A stretch of DNA of 64,000 nucleotides from Haliotis rubra (Eukaryota): NCBI RefSeq assembly GCF_003918875.1, contig NW_025767122.1:248001-312000 (forward strand), written 5' to 3'. A program made the translations under genes and the position numbers. Shown piece by piece: positions 1-12,754 of this stretch (the stretch's first letter is position 1; each line of letters starts with the position of its first letter). The notes below the pieces were generated by a model. That model saw only the letters and a list, made by a program, of their open reading frames with translations. It ran no database searches and was not told where the DNA came from.

Positions 1-1925
1 TGTTAACAAGGAGTTTGGTTAGGTGTACTACTGAAGTTGTTAACAAGGAGTTTGGTTAGGTGTACTGAAGTTGTTAACAAGGAGTTTGGTTAGGTGTACT
101 AAAGTTGTTAACAAGGAGTTTGGTTAGGTGTACTGAAGTTGTTAACAAGGAGTTTGGTTAGGTGTACTAAAGTTGTTAACAAGGAGTTTGGTTAGGTGTA
201 CTGAAGTTGTTAACAAGGAGTTTGGTTAGGTGTACTGAAGTTGTTAACAAGGAGTTTGGTTAGGTGTACTGAAGTTGTTAACAAGGAGTTTGGTTAGGTG
301 TACTAAAGTTGTTTACAAGGAGTTTGGTTAGGTGTACTGAAGTTGTTAACAAGGAGTTTGGTTAGGTGTACTGAAGTTGTTAACAAGGAGTTTGGTTAGG
401 TGTACTAAAGTTGTTAACAAGGAGTTTGGTTAGTTGTACTGAACTTGTTAACAAGGAGTTTGGTTAGGTGTATTGAAGTTGATAACAAGGAGTTTGGTTA
501 GGTGTACTGATGTTAACAAGATGTTTGGTTAGGTGTATTGAAGTTGTTAACAAGGAGTTTGGTTAGGTGTACTGATGTTAACAAGGAGTTTGGTTAGGTG
601 TACTAAAGTTGTTAACAAGGAGTTTGGTTAGGTGTACTGAAGTTGTTAACAAGGAGTTTGGTTAGGTGTACTGAAGTTGTTAACAAGGAGTTTGGTAAGG
701 TGTACTAAAGTTGTTTACAAGGAGTTTGGTTAGGTGTACTGAAGTTGTTAACAAGGAGTTTGGTTAGGTGTATTGAAGTTGATAACAAGGAGTTTGGTTA
801 GGTGTACTGAAGTTGTTAACAAGGAGTTTGGTTAGGTGTACTGAAGTTGTTAACAAGGAATTTGGTTAGGTGTACTAAAGTTGTTTACAAGGAGTTTGGT
901 TAGGTGTACTGAAGTTGTTAACAAGGAGTTTGGTTAGGTGTACTAAAGTTGTTAACAAGGAGTTTAGGTTAGAAGTGTTAAGGAGTTTGGTTAGGTGTTT
1001 TTAAGTTGATAACAAGGAGTTTGGTTAGGTGTACTTAAGTTGTTAACAAGGAGTTTGGTTAGGTGTGTTGAAGTTGATAACAAGGAGTTTGGTTAGGTGT
1101 ACTGATGTTAACAAGGAGTTTGGTTAGATGTTCTGAAGTTGTTAACAAGGAGTTTGGTAAGGTGTACTAAAGTTGTTTACAAGGAGTTTGGTTAGGTGTA
1201 CTGAAGTTGTTAACAAGGAGTTTGGTTAGGTGTACTGAAGTTGTTAACAAGGAGTTTGGTTAGGTGTACTGAAATTGTTAACAAGGAGTTTGGTTAGGTG
1301 TACTGAAGTTGTTAACAAGGAGTTTGGTTAGGTGTACTGAAGTTGTTAACAAGGAGTTTGGTTAGGTGTACTAAAGTTGTTAACAAGGAGTTTGGTTAGG
1401 TGTACTGAAGTTGTTAACAAGGAGTTTGGTTAGGTGTTTTTAAGTTGATAACAAGGAGTTTGGTTAGGTGTACTTAAGTTGTTAACAAGGAGTTTGGTTA
1501 GGTGTACTGAAGTTGTTAACAAGGAATTTGGTTTATATGTACTAAAGTTGTTAACAAGGAGTTTGGTTAGGTGTACTAAGTTGTTAACAAGGAGTTTGGT
1601 TAGGTGTATTGAAGTTGATAACAAGGAGTTTGGTTAGGTGTACTGATGTTAACAAGGAGTTTGGTTAGATGTTCTGAAGTTGTTAACAAGGAGTTTGGTT
1701 AGGTGTACTTAAGTTGTTAACAAGGAGTTTGGTTAGGTGTACTTAAGTTGTTAACAAGGAGTTTGGTTAGGTGTACTGAAGTTGTTAACAAGGAGTTTGG
1801 TTAGGTGTACTGATGTTAACAAGGAGTTTGGTTAGGTGTACTGAAGTTGTTAACAAGGAGTTTGGTTAGGTGTACTGAAGTTGTTAACAAGGAGTTTGGT
1901 TAGGTGTACTGAAGTTGTTAACAAA
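1..1925. repeat. 34-bp minisatellite (GTTGTTAACAAGGAGTTTGGTTAGGTGTACTGAA)n, ~56 copies, runs off window
   Basis: Period 34 read directly (tgtact at 61, 95, ...); lies in the PHKG intron. Confidence 0.97.
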
Positions 1926-2378
1926 GACCTTGCTAAAGAGTGACAAAGAATAAAAAGGTTTCATTATTTGTGTTCTTTTATGTGACTGCATACTACTTTG
2001 CTATGTGAATGATAGAAACCATTCTTCAATATCATACAGATACCTATGAACAAACTATGAAACATTCAGCCATACACTTTACTAGGCCATGTGCCCGAGA
2101 TAATTGGCTCAACTAGTGCCAACTTTATCATTTTCAGTGTGTATGTTTGATTTTATACAGACCATCATTTGTTAATGAGTTAGTTTGGTTTAACAACACT
2201 TTGAACAGTACTTCAGGTATATCAAGGTATATCAAGGTATATCATCAGGAATGGTGTGGGAGGAATATTAGATTTGATTCAAGTCTTAGATGATTACCAC
2301 TTTGTGTGAAACCCAGAAGCACGGGTATGGTGCTGGCAAACCTTTAAACATGAACTGTGGGATTCAAACCCATGGTCA

Positions 2379-2617
2379 CAGGGGTGGAAATAACTTTAAA
2401 ATTGATAGTGTACTCCGGTACAGTGGCACATGTAAAATCACTTGCCCTGATAATTTTTCCACTATACTGGCCGTTTTCTTGTTGATTTTTTAAATAAACA
2501 ACATATTTAACATTGGAATATTAACTGGACACCGGTACAGTGTGATATACAAATTGCTTGCCTGACAGAAAAAAACACTGGACTCGGGCGTCGGGCAATG
2601 GGTTATTTCCATCCTTG
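2379..2617. mobile_element. MITE family A (TIR CAGGGGTGGAAATAAC, 5-bp TSD), hAT-like
   Basis: TIRs at both ends, TSD GGTCA; homologous to 5840-6068 and 34817-35057. Confidence 0.88.
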
Positions 2618-2619
2618 GG

Positions 2620-2905
2620 TCATAGGCTTCTGCCATTCACACAGCCAAATGTGGCGCCACAGTGGACCAACCTCAAATTTTGGACTATTTTGAATAGCAC
2701 CAGTGGAAGTAGTGGTGGCTGAGTGGGTTAGACAGCTGATTTTGTGTGCTGCAGTTAGGTACCTGATTCTGAGGGTGTGGTCTGAATCCCAGATGGGACT
2801 CAGATGGGAAAACTACTAGAATCTGTACTTTACCGTGAAAGTGTAATCCGAATATAACATGTGTAACATTTGACAGCTTTCGAAATGGAATTTGTATTCA
2901 CAGGA
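2620..2905 (+). mobile_element. Degenerate copy of family D (repeat with central tRNA-like segment)
   Basis: Similar to 32702-32990 and 47287-47568 (ggtggctgagtgggttag ... gaatccc ... ctagaatctgtacttta). Confidence 0.65.
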
Positions 2906-4127
2906 TTTTACTAGACGCAGACTGAAGATATATGAAGTCAGAGATGGACTTGAACTCAATAAAGTTTCTTCTACAACATGTGTAGAGTAGTTAAGTATAG
3001 GTTTACCCTGAACTTGTCTAGTTCTAGAAGCTTGTGTGTGTTCTTTGACAATTTAACACCAGCATCAGCCCCCAGTCTCAACTCAAACCTCACCAGTGAC
3101 CTGATATGTCTGTCCAGTCATGCCCCTACCCAACGTCTAGACTGACCAGCATGGTCAACAGGTTCAGCCATCTCGGTATCAGTCCAGCATGTTTACTGAC
3201 CACTGTGTACGTCATGGACAATGTTGACTGACAACCCGACATGACCTTGGACGAGTGTATATTGTCTGACCGTTACTAGACATGGCCAGCCAGACATGTT
3301 TACCTGGTCCTACTATAGTCAACCTGGTCACAACCAATGTTTCACCCTTTGTTTATCCACGTGTTAGCTGAGACACATGCAATATAAAAATAAGCCAATC
3401 AGTGTAAATGACATAAAATCAGTCATGGATAACTTCTTTAATTCAGAAGTTGTTTTCCTAAAACTCTTGTCTTCATATTCTGCCGATCAATGGAGATGCC
3501 ATAACAGCCAAATTAATAGAAAATGGAATCAAACTTCTGAACCAATACTTATCATTCCATAAATTCATTTGTTGTACAATGCATCTGTATGACAAGTTCT
3601 GTAAAACCCAGAACATGGCACAATCAAGATCAGACAATCCAGTGATTGATATTATCAGCAATGGCCTACATCAGCATCTATTATGGAAGGCCCCGAGTTG
3701 GGCCATCTGATCCACTGAGTACTAGGCCGTGTACATTCCAGGTATATGGAACATGGTATGAGGGGCTACCAAAACATTTTGAGCCTAAAATACTTCTGAT
3801 ATGTGCATGTAAAAAATAACTGTATGACATAGAAGAATGGTTTATATCATTCACATAAACATGACTTGCACATGGCGCTAGTTTCCGGTCATGTGGCATC
3901 TAATAACATGTACCCCTATTGAAACGGCAGAAATGGATAAGCTTGAGTACAGAGCAGTCATAAAGTTTTAGGTCCTCGAGGGTCACATGGCGAAGCACAT
4001 TGAAAAGCAACTGACAGCAGTATGAGTACCCCATGGGACTCAGTATTCATACTACATACTACTTTGCTATGTGAATGATAGAAACCATTCTTCAATATCA
4101 TACAGTTATTTTTATCATGCACATACC

Positions 4128-4459
4128 CAGTGTTCACGAATAGCGTCTGACCCTCTGACAAATCCGGCAGATTCGCCAACGGTCCGATAGAAGTCTACAA
4201 CCCGCCGGCCCCAGTGTCTGACTGTATATTTCACAAAGACTTTGACTGAAGTTGTTATATGGGACATGTGACACCTGTTTGCTGTTTATAAATCTTATGT
4301 TTGTTTATAAATTCAGTGCCAATTATAAGAAATGCTAAATCTGAAATGTGTGTTTAATTTTATTCTATGGGTCCTGTGAATTTTCAATGGGTCAAACAGA
4401 CATCTGAAACTTACAGGACCCAATGTCCTGTTCCTTTGAAACACGATTCGTGAACACTG
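4128..4459. mobile_element. hAT-like MITE
   Basis: TIR CAGTGTTCACGAAT / ATTCGTGAACACTG, 6-bp TSD CATACC. Confidence 0.8.
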
Positions 4460-5403
4460 CATACCAGAAGCATTTTAGGCTCAAAACTGAAGTCAGACCA
4501 TCTGATCCAGTCATCACTATATCCAAAAATATGTCCTCCATGTGTTTATTTGGGATGAGCAGTCCTGTGAAGATGTGGGACAGAAATGGTCTTCAGCTAC
4601 CCATGCTTGTCGTATGTATGGAGGTCTAACAGGAACTTGGTTAATGTAAATCTATCCTCATATGTCAATCACTAGGCTCGATTAAAACACTGACCGTTGT
4701 CATACAGCTGGTATTTAACAACAACTAAACAACAAAATGCAACAGCCCACACACTTGACACAAATATAGCTAACCATGAGTGATGTGATAACTAGCTTGT
4801 ACGTTGTTGAACTTGCTAGTGGTTTGACACTGCCTCCTGTCACAAACATGTCACAACCATCACTCATTCCCACATCAACAAGCACATTACTGTCGCAGAT
4901 TAAACAAACAAGTAATAATAGACAGATCCATGTCTTGTGTGTTGGAAACACTGTCACATGATCAACCAACCACTAACATATTTACTAAATTAATGTGATT
5001 TTTTAAAACAGCACCCAAGTTGGCCAAATGGAACTTATGTTGTTGTCCTTTTCATTCTAAAAAAGACTGTACAATGCAGGACAGATATTATATAATTGAT
5101 AAGCTTTTGAAATGTTTGCTTTTTTCATGTTCTTGAACAACCATTTTCAAAAATTACATCTAAATATAATTAAAATCAAATATAAAATACATCCATCACA
5201 ATTAGCAACAGCTATCTTGATCATTATAAAGTGCCAAGTTGACAAAAATTGAAAATTCTAATAAGCACTTCAATGCCACTCATTCAATGAGAGATGCCTT
5301 TCTGTAACCATGGTAACTGGACATCAACATCCCTTCAACCACACATTTCATAATCCCTACCCCTCTCCTCCCAAAATTGAAAAATAAAGAATGTTTGACT
5401 TAC

Positions 5404-5498
5404 TTTCCAAGAACTTCTTTGGGTTCATACTTGGCGTAGAACTCCTTGGCCTTGTCCTGAGAGGGCAAGTCAGGGTCAACGTCATCGCTTTGTGTCAT
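5404..5498 (-). CDS. PHKG: Phosphorylase b kinase gamma catalytic chain, first coding exon (exon 5404-5583 including 5'UTR)
   Basis: ccaccATG; MTQSDDVDPDLPSQDKAKEFYAKYEPKEVLG(K) resembles the PHKG1/2 N-terminus (LP...AKEFY.KY.PKE.LG); phase-2 GTAAGT donor; tttcAG acceptor at 5584-5585. Confidence 0.9.
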
Positions 5499-5839
5499 GG
5501 TGGACGAGTGAGAGAGTTGTCTAACTACTAGTACAAGCTGGAGCTATAGGTGTCACTAAGGTGTCACTACATGTGTCCAGCATCTGAAACACACAATGTC
5601 GCAGGATTAGACACACATAGAATAATACATATCTTGACTAGAAAGCTGAAATGAAATCCGTCTCAAACACTTGCTTTAAAGTCAAGCAATATTCATTGTC
5701 AATGACAACAAATATTATGCTTAACAACTACATGCTTAGGGTGATTCAAAAATAAAAATTTAACAAGGTTTAATGTAGATTATTTCACAAAATTGTGTTT
5801 GATCAGAAAAATAACTCTGAAAAAATAAAATTCCAACCT

Positions 5840-6068
5840 CAGGGGTGGAAATAACCCATTGCCCGACGCCCGAGTCCAGTGTTTTTTTCTGTCGGGCAAG
5901 CAAATTTGTATATCACACTGTTGACTTTCAAATGTTATTTATGTTGTTTATTCAAAAAAATCAACAAGAAAACGGCCCCGTATAGTGGAAAAATTATCAG
6001 GGCAAGTGATTTTACATGTGCCACTGTACCGGAGTACACTATCAATTTTAAAGTTATTTCCACCCCTG
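5840..6068. mobile_element. MITE family A
   Basis: Perfect TIR CAGGGGTGGAAATAAC, TSD AACCT. Confidence 0.9.
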
Positions 6069-6293
6069 AACCTTAAAAAATGCACTTTATAATGCAATAA
6101 TGAAACTTGATGCAGGATTTCATTGAATTTACAGAATTCAAATCTATATACCCACATTTCCAGTTAGCTCATCTGATGTCATATTATCCTATCTGATAAC
6201 TGGCCTATCAGTTGTTTCTGTAATTGACTATTTTACTCCATTACTTCTGTGTCTACTAACCACTTTTAACAAGCACCTGAATTAATGAGCCAA

Positions 6294-6448
6294 TGAGTTT
6301 AGTTTTACTCCGCTTTTAGCAATATTCCAGCAATATCCCGGAAGAGGACACCAGAAATGAGCTTCACACATTGTACCCATGTGGGGAATCGAACCCGGGT
6401 CTTCGGCGTGATGAGCGAACGCTTTAACCACTTGGCTACTGCCCCGCC
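6294..6448 (-). mobile_element. SINE family B (tRNA-Asp-like head, ~170 bp)
   Basis: A box GTAGCCAAGTGG, B box GGTTCGATTCC, tail GCTGGAATATTGCTAAAAGCGG; about 10 copies in window. Confidence 0.85.
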
Positions 6449-6785
6449 TGAATTAAGGGCACACAGTGCTCTATTTCCAGTAACTGAGTAGCATAATGAC
6501 TGTACTACTGGCTGCACAACTAAACATGTTACAACAGACACATGCTACCCGCCCACTCATGTACGGAAGTCTGTTTCAGGCAATGGTGCCATTCTCCAGC
6601 TATGTCACAATAACCAGCTGCCATTCGTTACGCAATCCCACAAATTATTCTTGAAAACAGTGTTAGCAGCTCACCAAAATGCTGCTCACATTATAATAAA
6701 GAAGTTGTATATCTGTAGCACTTTCCCATTGTTCATCACACCAACTTCTAAACTCAAAGAAGAAATTATTCTTGAATTTCATGAG

Positions 6786-7054
6786 TGAGTGAGTGAGTTT
6801 AGTTTTACGCCGCACTCAGCAATATTCCAGCTATATGACGGCGGTCTGTAAATAATCGAGTCTGGACCAGACAATCCAGTGATCAACAGCATGAGCATCG
6901 ATCTGCACAATTGGGAACCGATGACATGTGTCAACCAAGTCAGCGAAACTGACCACCCGATCCCGTTAGTCGCCTCTTACGACAAGATAGTCGCCTTTTT
7001 ATGGCAAGCACATGGGTTGCTGAAGACCTATTCTACCCCGGATCTTCACGGGTC
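6786..7054 (-). mobile_element. SINE-like family S (structured non-tRNA head, ~250 bp)
   Basis: Starts GACCCGTGAAGATCC, ends (ACTC)n; TSD CTTGAATTT(C/A)ATGAG. Confidence 0.9.
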
Positions 7055-7240
7055 CTTGAATTTAATGAGATTCATCAATGGAAACTAACCAACAATCCAT
7101 AGCTGCTTCAAGATTGCACACTGTCAGGCTCATACACTTCCAAATAATCTGTCTCACAGTCCCTGAAACGCATTATTTTCCCTACTGACTAGCCCTCCCT
7201 GAAATGCTAAAGTCCTAAATGAAGAAAGTCTAGATATCCT

Positions 7241-7572
7241 CTAGATAAAAAAAATATATTGTGGTTCTGATTACCCGGACGACCCTTGAATTCTGGTGCC
7301 GACCCTATCTTTTTTAGGCAGTATGGATAAAATAAGCTTTCAGATACCATTTTTTTTCCTGTCACCGACTGACATCGGTCAGTCTGATATAGAAAGTCGA
7401 CATGATGGCCGCAAGCTTGATTGAATAAACAATTACACATTGATAAATGTGTTATGAGTTTGTACTTTACTTCTGAAAAAAATGCAGAAAAAAATATTTT
7501 AAAAATCCTACCTACCTGCCCTAAATTTCAAAGAGGTGTAATCAGAACCACAACATTTTTTTTATTTGGCCT
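7241..7572. mobile_element. MITE nested in an older repeat
   Basis: Inverted termini ataaaaaaaa..ttgtggttctgattac / gtaatcagaaccacaa..ttttttttatttggcct; splits the CTGTCTCACAG repeat at 7149-7620. Confidence 0.7.
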
Positions 7573-8693
7573 CAGGTTCAAATTCTCCCTTCTCACAGCA
7601 GGTCCTCTTCAATTTAAATGAGTTTATTGGTTAATATCAAAATTATATATATACATTCGGATACTCAGCACCTAACCTCAAAACAACCTTAGCAAAAAGG
7701 CTTGACAAGCTGCATGTCCTCTAAGCCCACAACACACAATAATGCTCTCTTTGAAACTTCAAAACATGCCTTACTTCCTTAGTATCTTAAAACTCTCTTC
7801 CCTTTGTCATATTCTGTCGTTAGACCCGTCAAGATCCGGGTTGATCCTCAACAACCCATGCTTGTCGTAAGAGGAATATTGCTGAGTGTGGCGTTATACC
7901 ACAACCAAACCAAACCACACATAACAACAAGAGAAATGGCTGCTTTATCAAAACATATATGTGATGTCTAAGTGTGGCTTTAAGATAGATTGTACTTTTA
8001 ACAATGTCATCATGACCCATCCCGAGTCAATGACACTTTAATGCTAGGACGTTCAAAGTCTGCAAGGAGACGCCTAGAATAAGCTGATTCACACTGCATG
8101 TCTCTGGGGTGACAACATGCTGACAATGTGTCAACACAATCTTCACTGATTTGTTCTTGAATAAAACAACTTGTATGACAATGAGATAAGCAGGGATAGT
8201 GCATGCATGTCTATACAATAAATATATAGTATAACACTGTACTAGTACAAGAGAACATTACAGCTTACACTGAATATAGTCGCAACGCAGTGAAACCTTG
8301 TCTTTTATTATAAGAATGAAAATATCAACGTCAGAAACAAATTATTTATTGATAATATTTACTTGAGTGAACATTTGTAATAATTTACAAGTAATGTCAA
8401 TGGCAGATATAGATCAACTGAAATCCTTTTAGTTTTGAAAATTGACATTTAAGTTTAAGATATAATATTAAAATTCCTGGATACAATCTACACTATAGAC
8501 CTACAAATATCAAGTAGAATCCAGTTCCTCTTTCTGCTCATAAAACACTAAGCTGACAAAAACATGATAACTGCTTTTGACACAACCCCTCAGATTACTG
8601 CGTTACTGTTTACTATTACCAGCAAGGTAGAGTGAAAACAGCTGATGGGGTATCATGAGCAGCATGGCTTATGAAACAAAATATTTTCCCTCA

Positions 8694-9565
8694 CCCTTAG
8701 TATCAATTGATGACAGGATTAACCCTTAGTATCAATTGATGACAGGATTAACCCTTAGTATCAATTGATGACAGAATTAACCCTTAGTATCAATTGATGA
8801 CAGGATTAACCCTTAGTATCAATTGATGACAGAATTAACCCTCAGTATCAATTGATGACAGGATTAACCCTCAGTATCAATTGATGACAGGATTAACCCT
8901 TAGTATCAATTGATGACAGGATTAACCCTTAGTATCAATTGATGACAGAATTAACCCTCAGTATCAATTGATGACAGGATTAACCCTCAGTATCAACTGA
9001 TGACAGGATTAACCCTAGTATCAATTGATGACAGGATTAACCCTCAGTATCAATTGATGACAGAATTAACCCTTAGTATCAATTGATGACAGGATTAACC
9101 CTTGGTATCAATTGATGACAGGATTAACCCTTAGTATCAATTGATGACAGAATTAACCCTCAGTATCAATTGCTGACAGGATTAACCCTTAGTATTAATT
9201 GATGTCAGGATTAACCCTCAGTATCAACTGATGACAGGATTAACCCTTAGTATCAATTGATGACAGGATTAACCCTCAGTATCAATTGATGACAGGATTA
9301 ACCCTTAGTATCAATTGATGACAGAATTAACCCTCAGTATCAATTGATGACAGGATTAACCCTTAGTATCAATTGATGTCAGGATTCACCCTCAGTATCA
9401 ACTGATGACAGGATTAACCCTTAGTATCAATTGATGACAGGATTAACCCTTAGTATCAATTGATGACAGAATTAACCCTCAGTATCAATTTATGACAGGA
9501 TTAACCCTTAGTATCAATTGATGACAGGATTAACCCTCAGTATTAATTGATGACAGGATTAACCA
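8694..9565. repeat. 29-bp minisatellite (CCCTTAGTATCAATTGATGACAGGATTAA)n, ~30 copies
   Basis: Period 29; internal palindrome ATCAATTGAT. Confidence 0.97.
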
Positions 9566-9804
9566 ATCACTTACATCACATCAATCACTTATGTCTCACA
9601 ATGGTCAGGTATTGGCCTAACTCTACCTCAAATGTCAGACAATTGCTTTTCTGCGTTTGATGATCGGTCATTCACCTACCTGTATTCCTGTGGTCAGACA
9701 CATGCCTACCTGAGTCCCACGGTGAGTCAAACACCTATTTGCCTACCTATGTCACTGGGGTCAGTCATATGATAACTTGAGTCAAAGTCACAAGTCAAAC
9801 AACT

Positions 9805-10955
9805 GTGTCACAAAGGTCAGTCTGTCATTTGCCTCCCTGTGTAACAACAGCATGTCATTTGCCTACCTGTGTAACAACAGCATGTCATTTGCCTATCCAT
9901 GTAACAACAGTCTGTCATTTGCCTACCTGTGTAACAACAGCATGTCATTTGCCTGCCTGTGTAACATGTCATTTGCCTCCCTGTGTAACAACAGCATGTC
10001 ATTTGCCTGCCTGTGTAACATGTCATTTGCCTCCCTGTGTAACAACAGCATGTCATTTGCCTACCTGTGTAACAACATGTCATGTGCCTCCCTGTGTAAC
10101 AACAGTCTGTCATTTGCCTCCCTGTGTAACAACAGCATGTCATGTGCCTCCCTGTGTAACAACAGTCTGTCATTTGCCTCCCTGTGTAACAACAGTCTGT
10201 CATTTGCCTACCTGTGTAACAACAGTCTGTCATTTGCCTACCTGTGTAACAACAGCATGTCATTTGCCTCCCTGTGTAACAACAGCATGTCATTTGCCTC
10301 CCTGTGTAACAACAGTCTGTCATTTGCCTCCCTGTGTAACAACAGCATGTCATTTGCCTACCTGTGTAACAACAGTCTGTCATTTGCCTGTAACAACCCC
10401 TGTGTAACAACAGTCTGTCATTTGCCTCCCTGTGTAACAACAGTCTGTCATTTGCCTCCCTGTGTAACAACAGTCTGTCATTTGCCTACCTGTGTAACAA
10501 CAGTCTGTCATTTGCCTACCTGTGTAACAACAGTCTGTCATTTGCCTACCCATGTAACAAAAGTCTGTCATTTGCCTACCCCTGTGTAACTGTGTAACAA
10601 CAACATTTGCCTGCCTGTGCATGTGCCTACCTGTGTAACAACAGTCTGTCATTTGCCTGCCTGTGTAACAACAGCATGTCATTTGCCTACCTGTGTAACA
10701 ACAGTCTGTCATTTGCCTACCTGTGTAACAACAGTCTGTTACTTGCCTACCTGTGTAACAACAGCATGTCATTTGCCTACCTGTGTAACAACATGTCATG
10801 TGCCTCCCTGTGTAACAAAGTCTGTCATTTGCCTACCTGTGTAACAACAGTCTGTTACTTGCCTACCTGTGTAACAACAGCATGTCATTTGCCTACCTGT
10901 GTAACAACATGTCATGTGCCTCCCTGTGTAACAAAGTCTGTCATTTGCCTACCTG
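9805..10955. repeat. 30-bp minisatellite (TGTAACAACAGCATGTCATTTGCCTACCTG)n, ~38 copies
   Basis: Period 30; produces spurious Cys-rich ORFs in several frames on both strands. Confidence 0.95.
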
Positions 10956-11639
10956 TCTACATCCACTGCAACTGACCAGCTGAGTGTCTAGTACAGAGAA
11001 CCAAGGTAAACATCATGACTCAGCACAGCACAGTGACTCCAACTTCTCAACACACGTAATCAAGTCAAATCCTCCCGGAAAGGGTGTTCACTCATGCCCA
11101 CAGGCAAAACTCTTTAAATAACATGATATCTCTAGATCCTGCCTCACATGTGAATTTTACAGCCGTGTTGATCAATACAGAACAGATCACACTCACCCAG
11201 TCCCATGTGATTCAATCTGGAGATGCTTCACTCTAGCCGACATAGGGAAACTAAAATACTCAGTAGTAGATGATATGTGTGTGGGAATCCAATATCCAAC
11301 ACATGTCTGTATGTCCGATCCCCGTGGTGTGTTTCCATGCTGTGTCACCATGGACTTCTTGTGGCAGCTAAAGAGTTAAGTTTGAATGAGCCAGTACACG
11401 CTGCGTGTGTTGCGTGTGTCGTATCAACATTCCAGTCTGTTAGTTTCCCAGTTACGTAGCCCTTTTCAATTGATCCGTAGCCCTGGCAGGAAATATATTT
11501 GCTGCTGCATTCCAGGCAACATCACATGATTTTCCAACAATATCACACCAACCAGGAAATAATAAACTCCAGGAGACATGCAGGTTGTTGATATTATGTG
11601 AGGTGAATGGAGGTTCCATGTGGTGTTCAAGATTGTTCT

Positions 11640-11885
11640 GACCCGTGATGATCCGGGTTAGAATTGGTCTTCAGCAACCCATGCTTGTCGTAAGAAGCAA
11701 CTAACAGGTTCGAGTGGTCAGGCTCACTGACTTTGTTGACACATGTCATCGTATCTTAATTGCATAGATTGATGCTCATGCTGTTGATCACTGGATTGTC
11801 TGGTCCAGGCTTGATTATTTACAGACTGCCGCCATATAGCTGGAATATTGCTGAGTGCAGCATTAACCATAAACCAACCAACTCA
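11640..11885 (+). mobile_element. SINE-like family S
   Basis: GACCCGTGATGATCCGGGTTAG head through GCTGGAATATTGCTGAGTG tail. Confidence 0.85.
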
Positions 11886-12754
11886 TACCAACGTGCATGT
11901 GGGCAGTACATGCATGCATGCGTCTTCTTATACCAGTGTTGGCAGAGGCTGGATTTATAGCTCTAGCTCTCAGATACAATGTCACAGTTTAACATAGATG
12001 GCCCACTCAAACACAATACACTGACTCTAATGGTCTGTCTCACAGTCCCTGAACCATAATTTTTCCCTTCAGCCCAGCTCTACATGTAATGTAAAAGCAC
12101 TAAAGGCAACAAGTCAGGTTCTAAATCTCCTATCTCCTAGGAGCTCCTTATCAGTGTAAATGAAGCTCTTTGTTTCCTAGAGTTATACATTTTCTGAGAC
12201 TAAGTCATATAAGTGTAAGTCTGATACTCTGATGTAACCAGTCACTGTCTCATCCCCTTTTAAGCAGGGTTTTACCTCAATTCACAAACATGGGGGTGCC
12301 AGGGACCTCCAATTATTAGTTTTAAGGGTCCTTGCAGGCCTTATGAGGGTCCTGTGAAGCTACGGTGTAGAGAACTGTATGTTTTGATAATTTCTTTAGA
12401 GCCTGGATTGAATCATTGATCATGTGGACTGATGGATGAAATGATGCTCACTACTGCTCTGAAAGAAACAACCAAACACTTAGCAAAGTCATGGATGTGT
12501 TGTGGGTACAATGAATAATACTGTGCATTCCTTAGGACAGAGTGAATTTTTTTTTCTGTGTCCATTGTCTACATTTGTGCATACTGGATGCACATTTGCG
12601 AGTTGTGTAAAACCCTGTAAACCCACGGTCCCTCACCGTGAACCACCTGACCGCAGAGGCTGACATAATGACCAAGACCCAGTGGAAACGGATAATGATG
12701 ACAGGTAACCATGGAGATACTGCATCTGCAGATGGTTGTCTCTGATGTTGGGGC

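Noticed and set aside
6360-6448. tRNA-Asp gene (and similar heads in families B, C, D)
   Set aside because: No proper acceptor stem; each is attached to a SINE body with tail and TSD.
1-9565. CRISPR-like arrays in the 34-bp and 29-bp repeats
   Set aside because: Units are contiguous with no unique spacers; eukaryotic context, no cas genes.
9777-10975. Cys-rich 120-270 aa ORFs (metallothionein- or keratin-associated-like)
   Set aside because: Produced by a 30-bp repeat that is open in several frames on both strands; no start context or exon structure.
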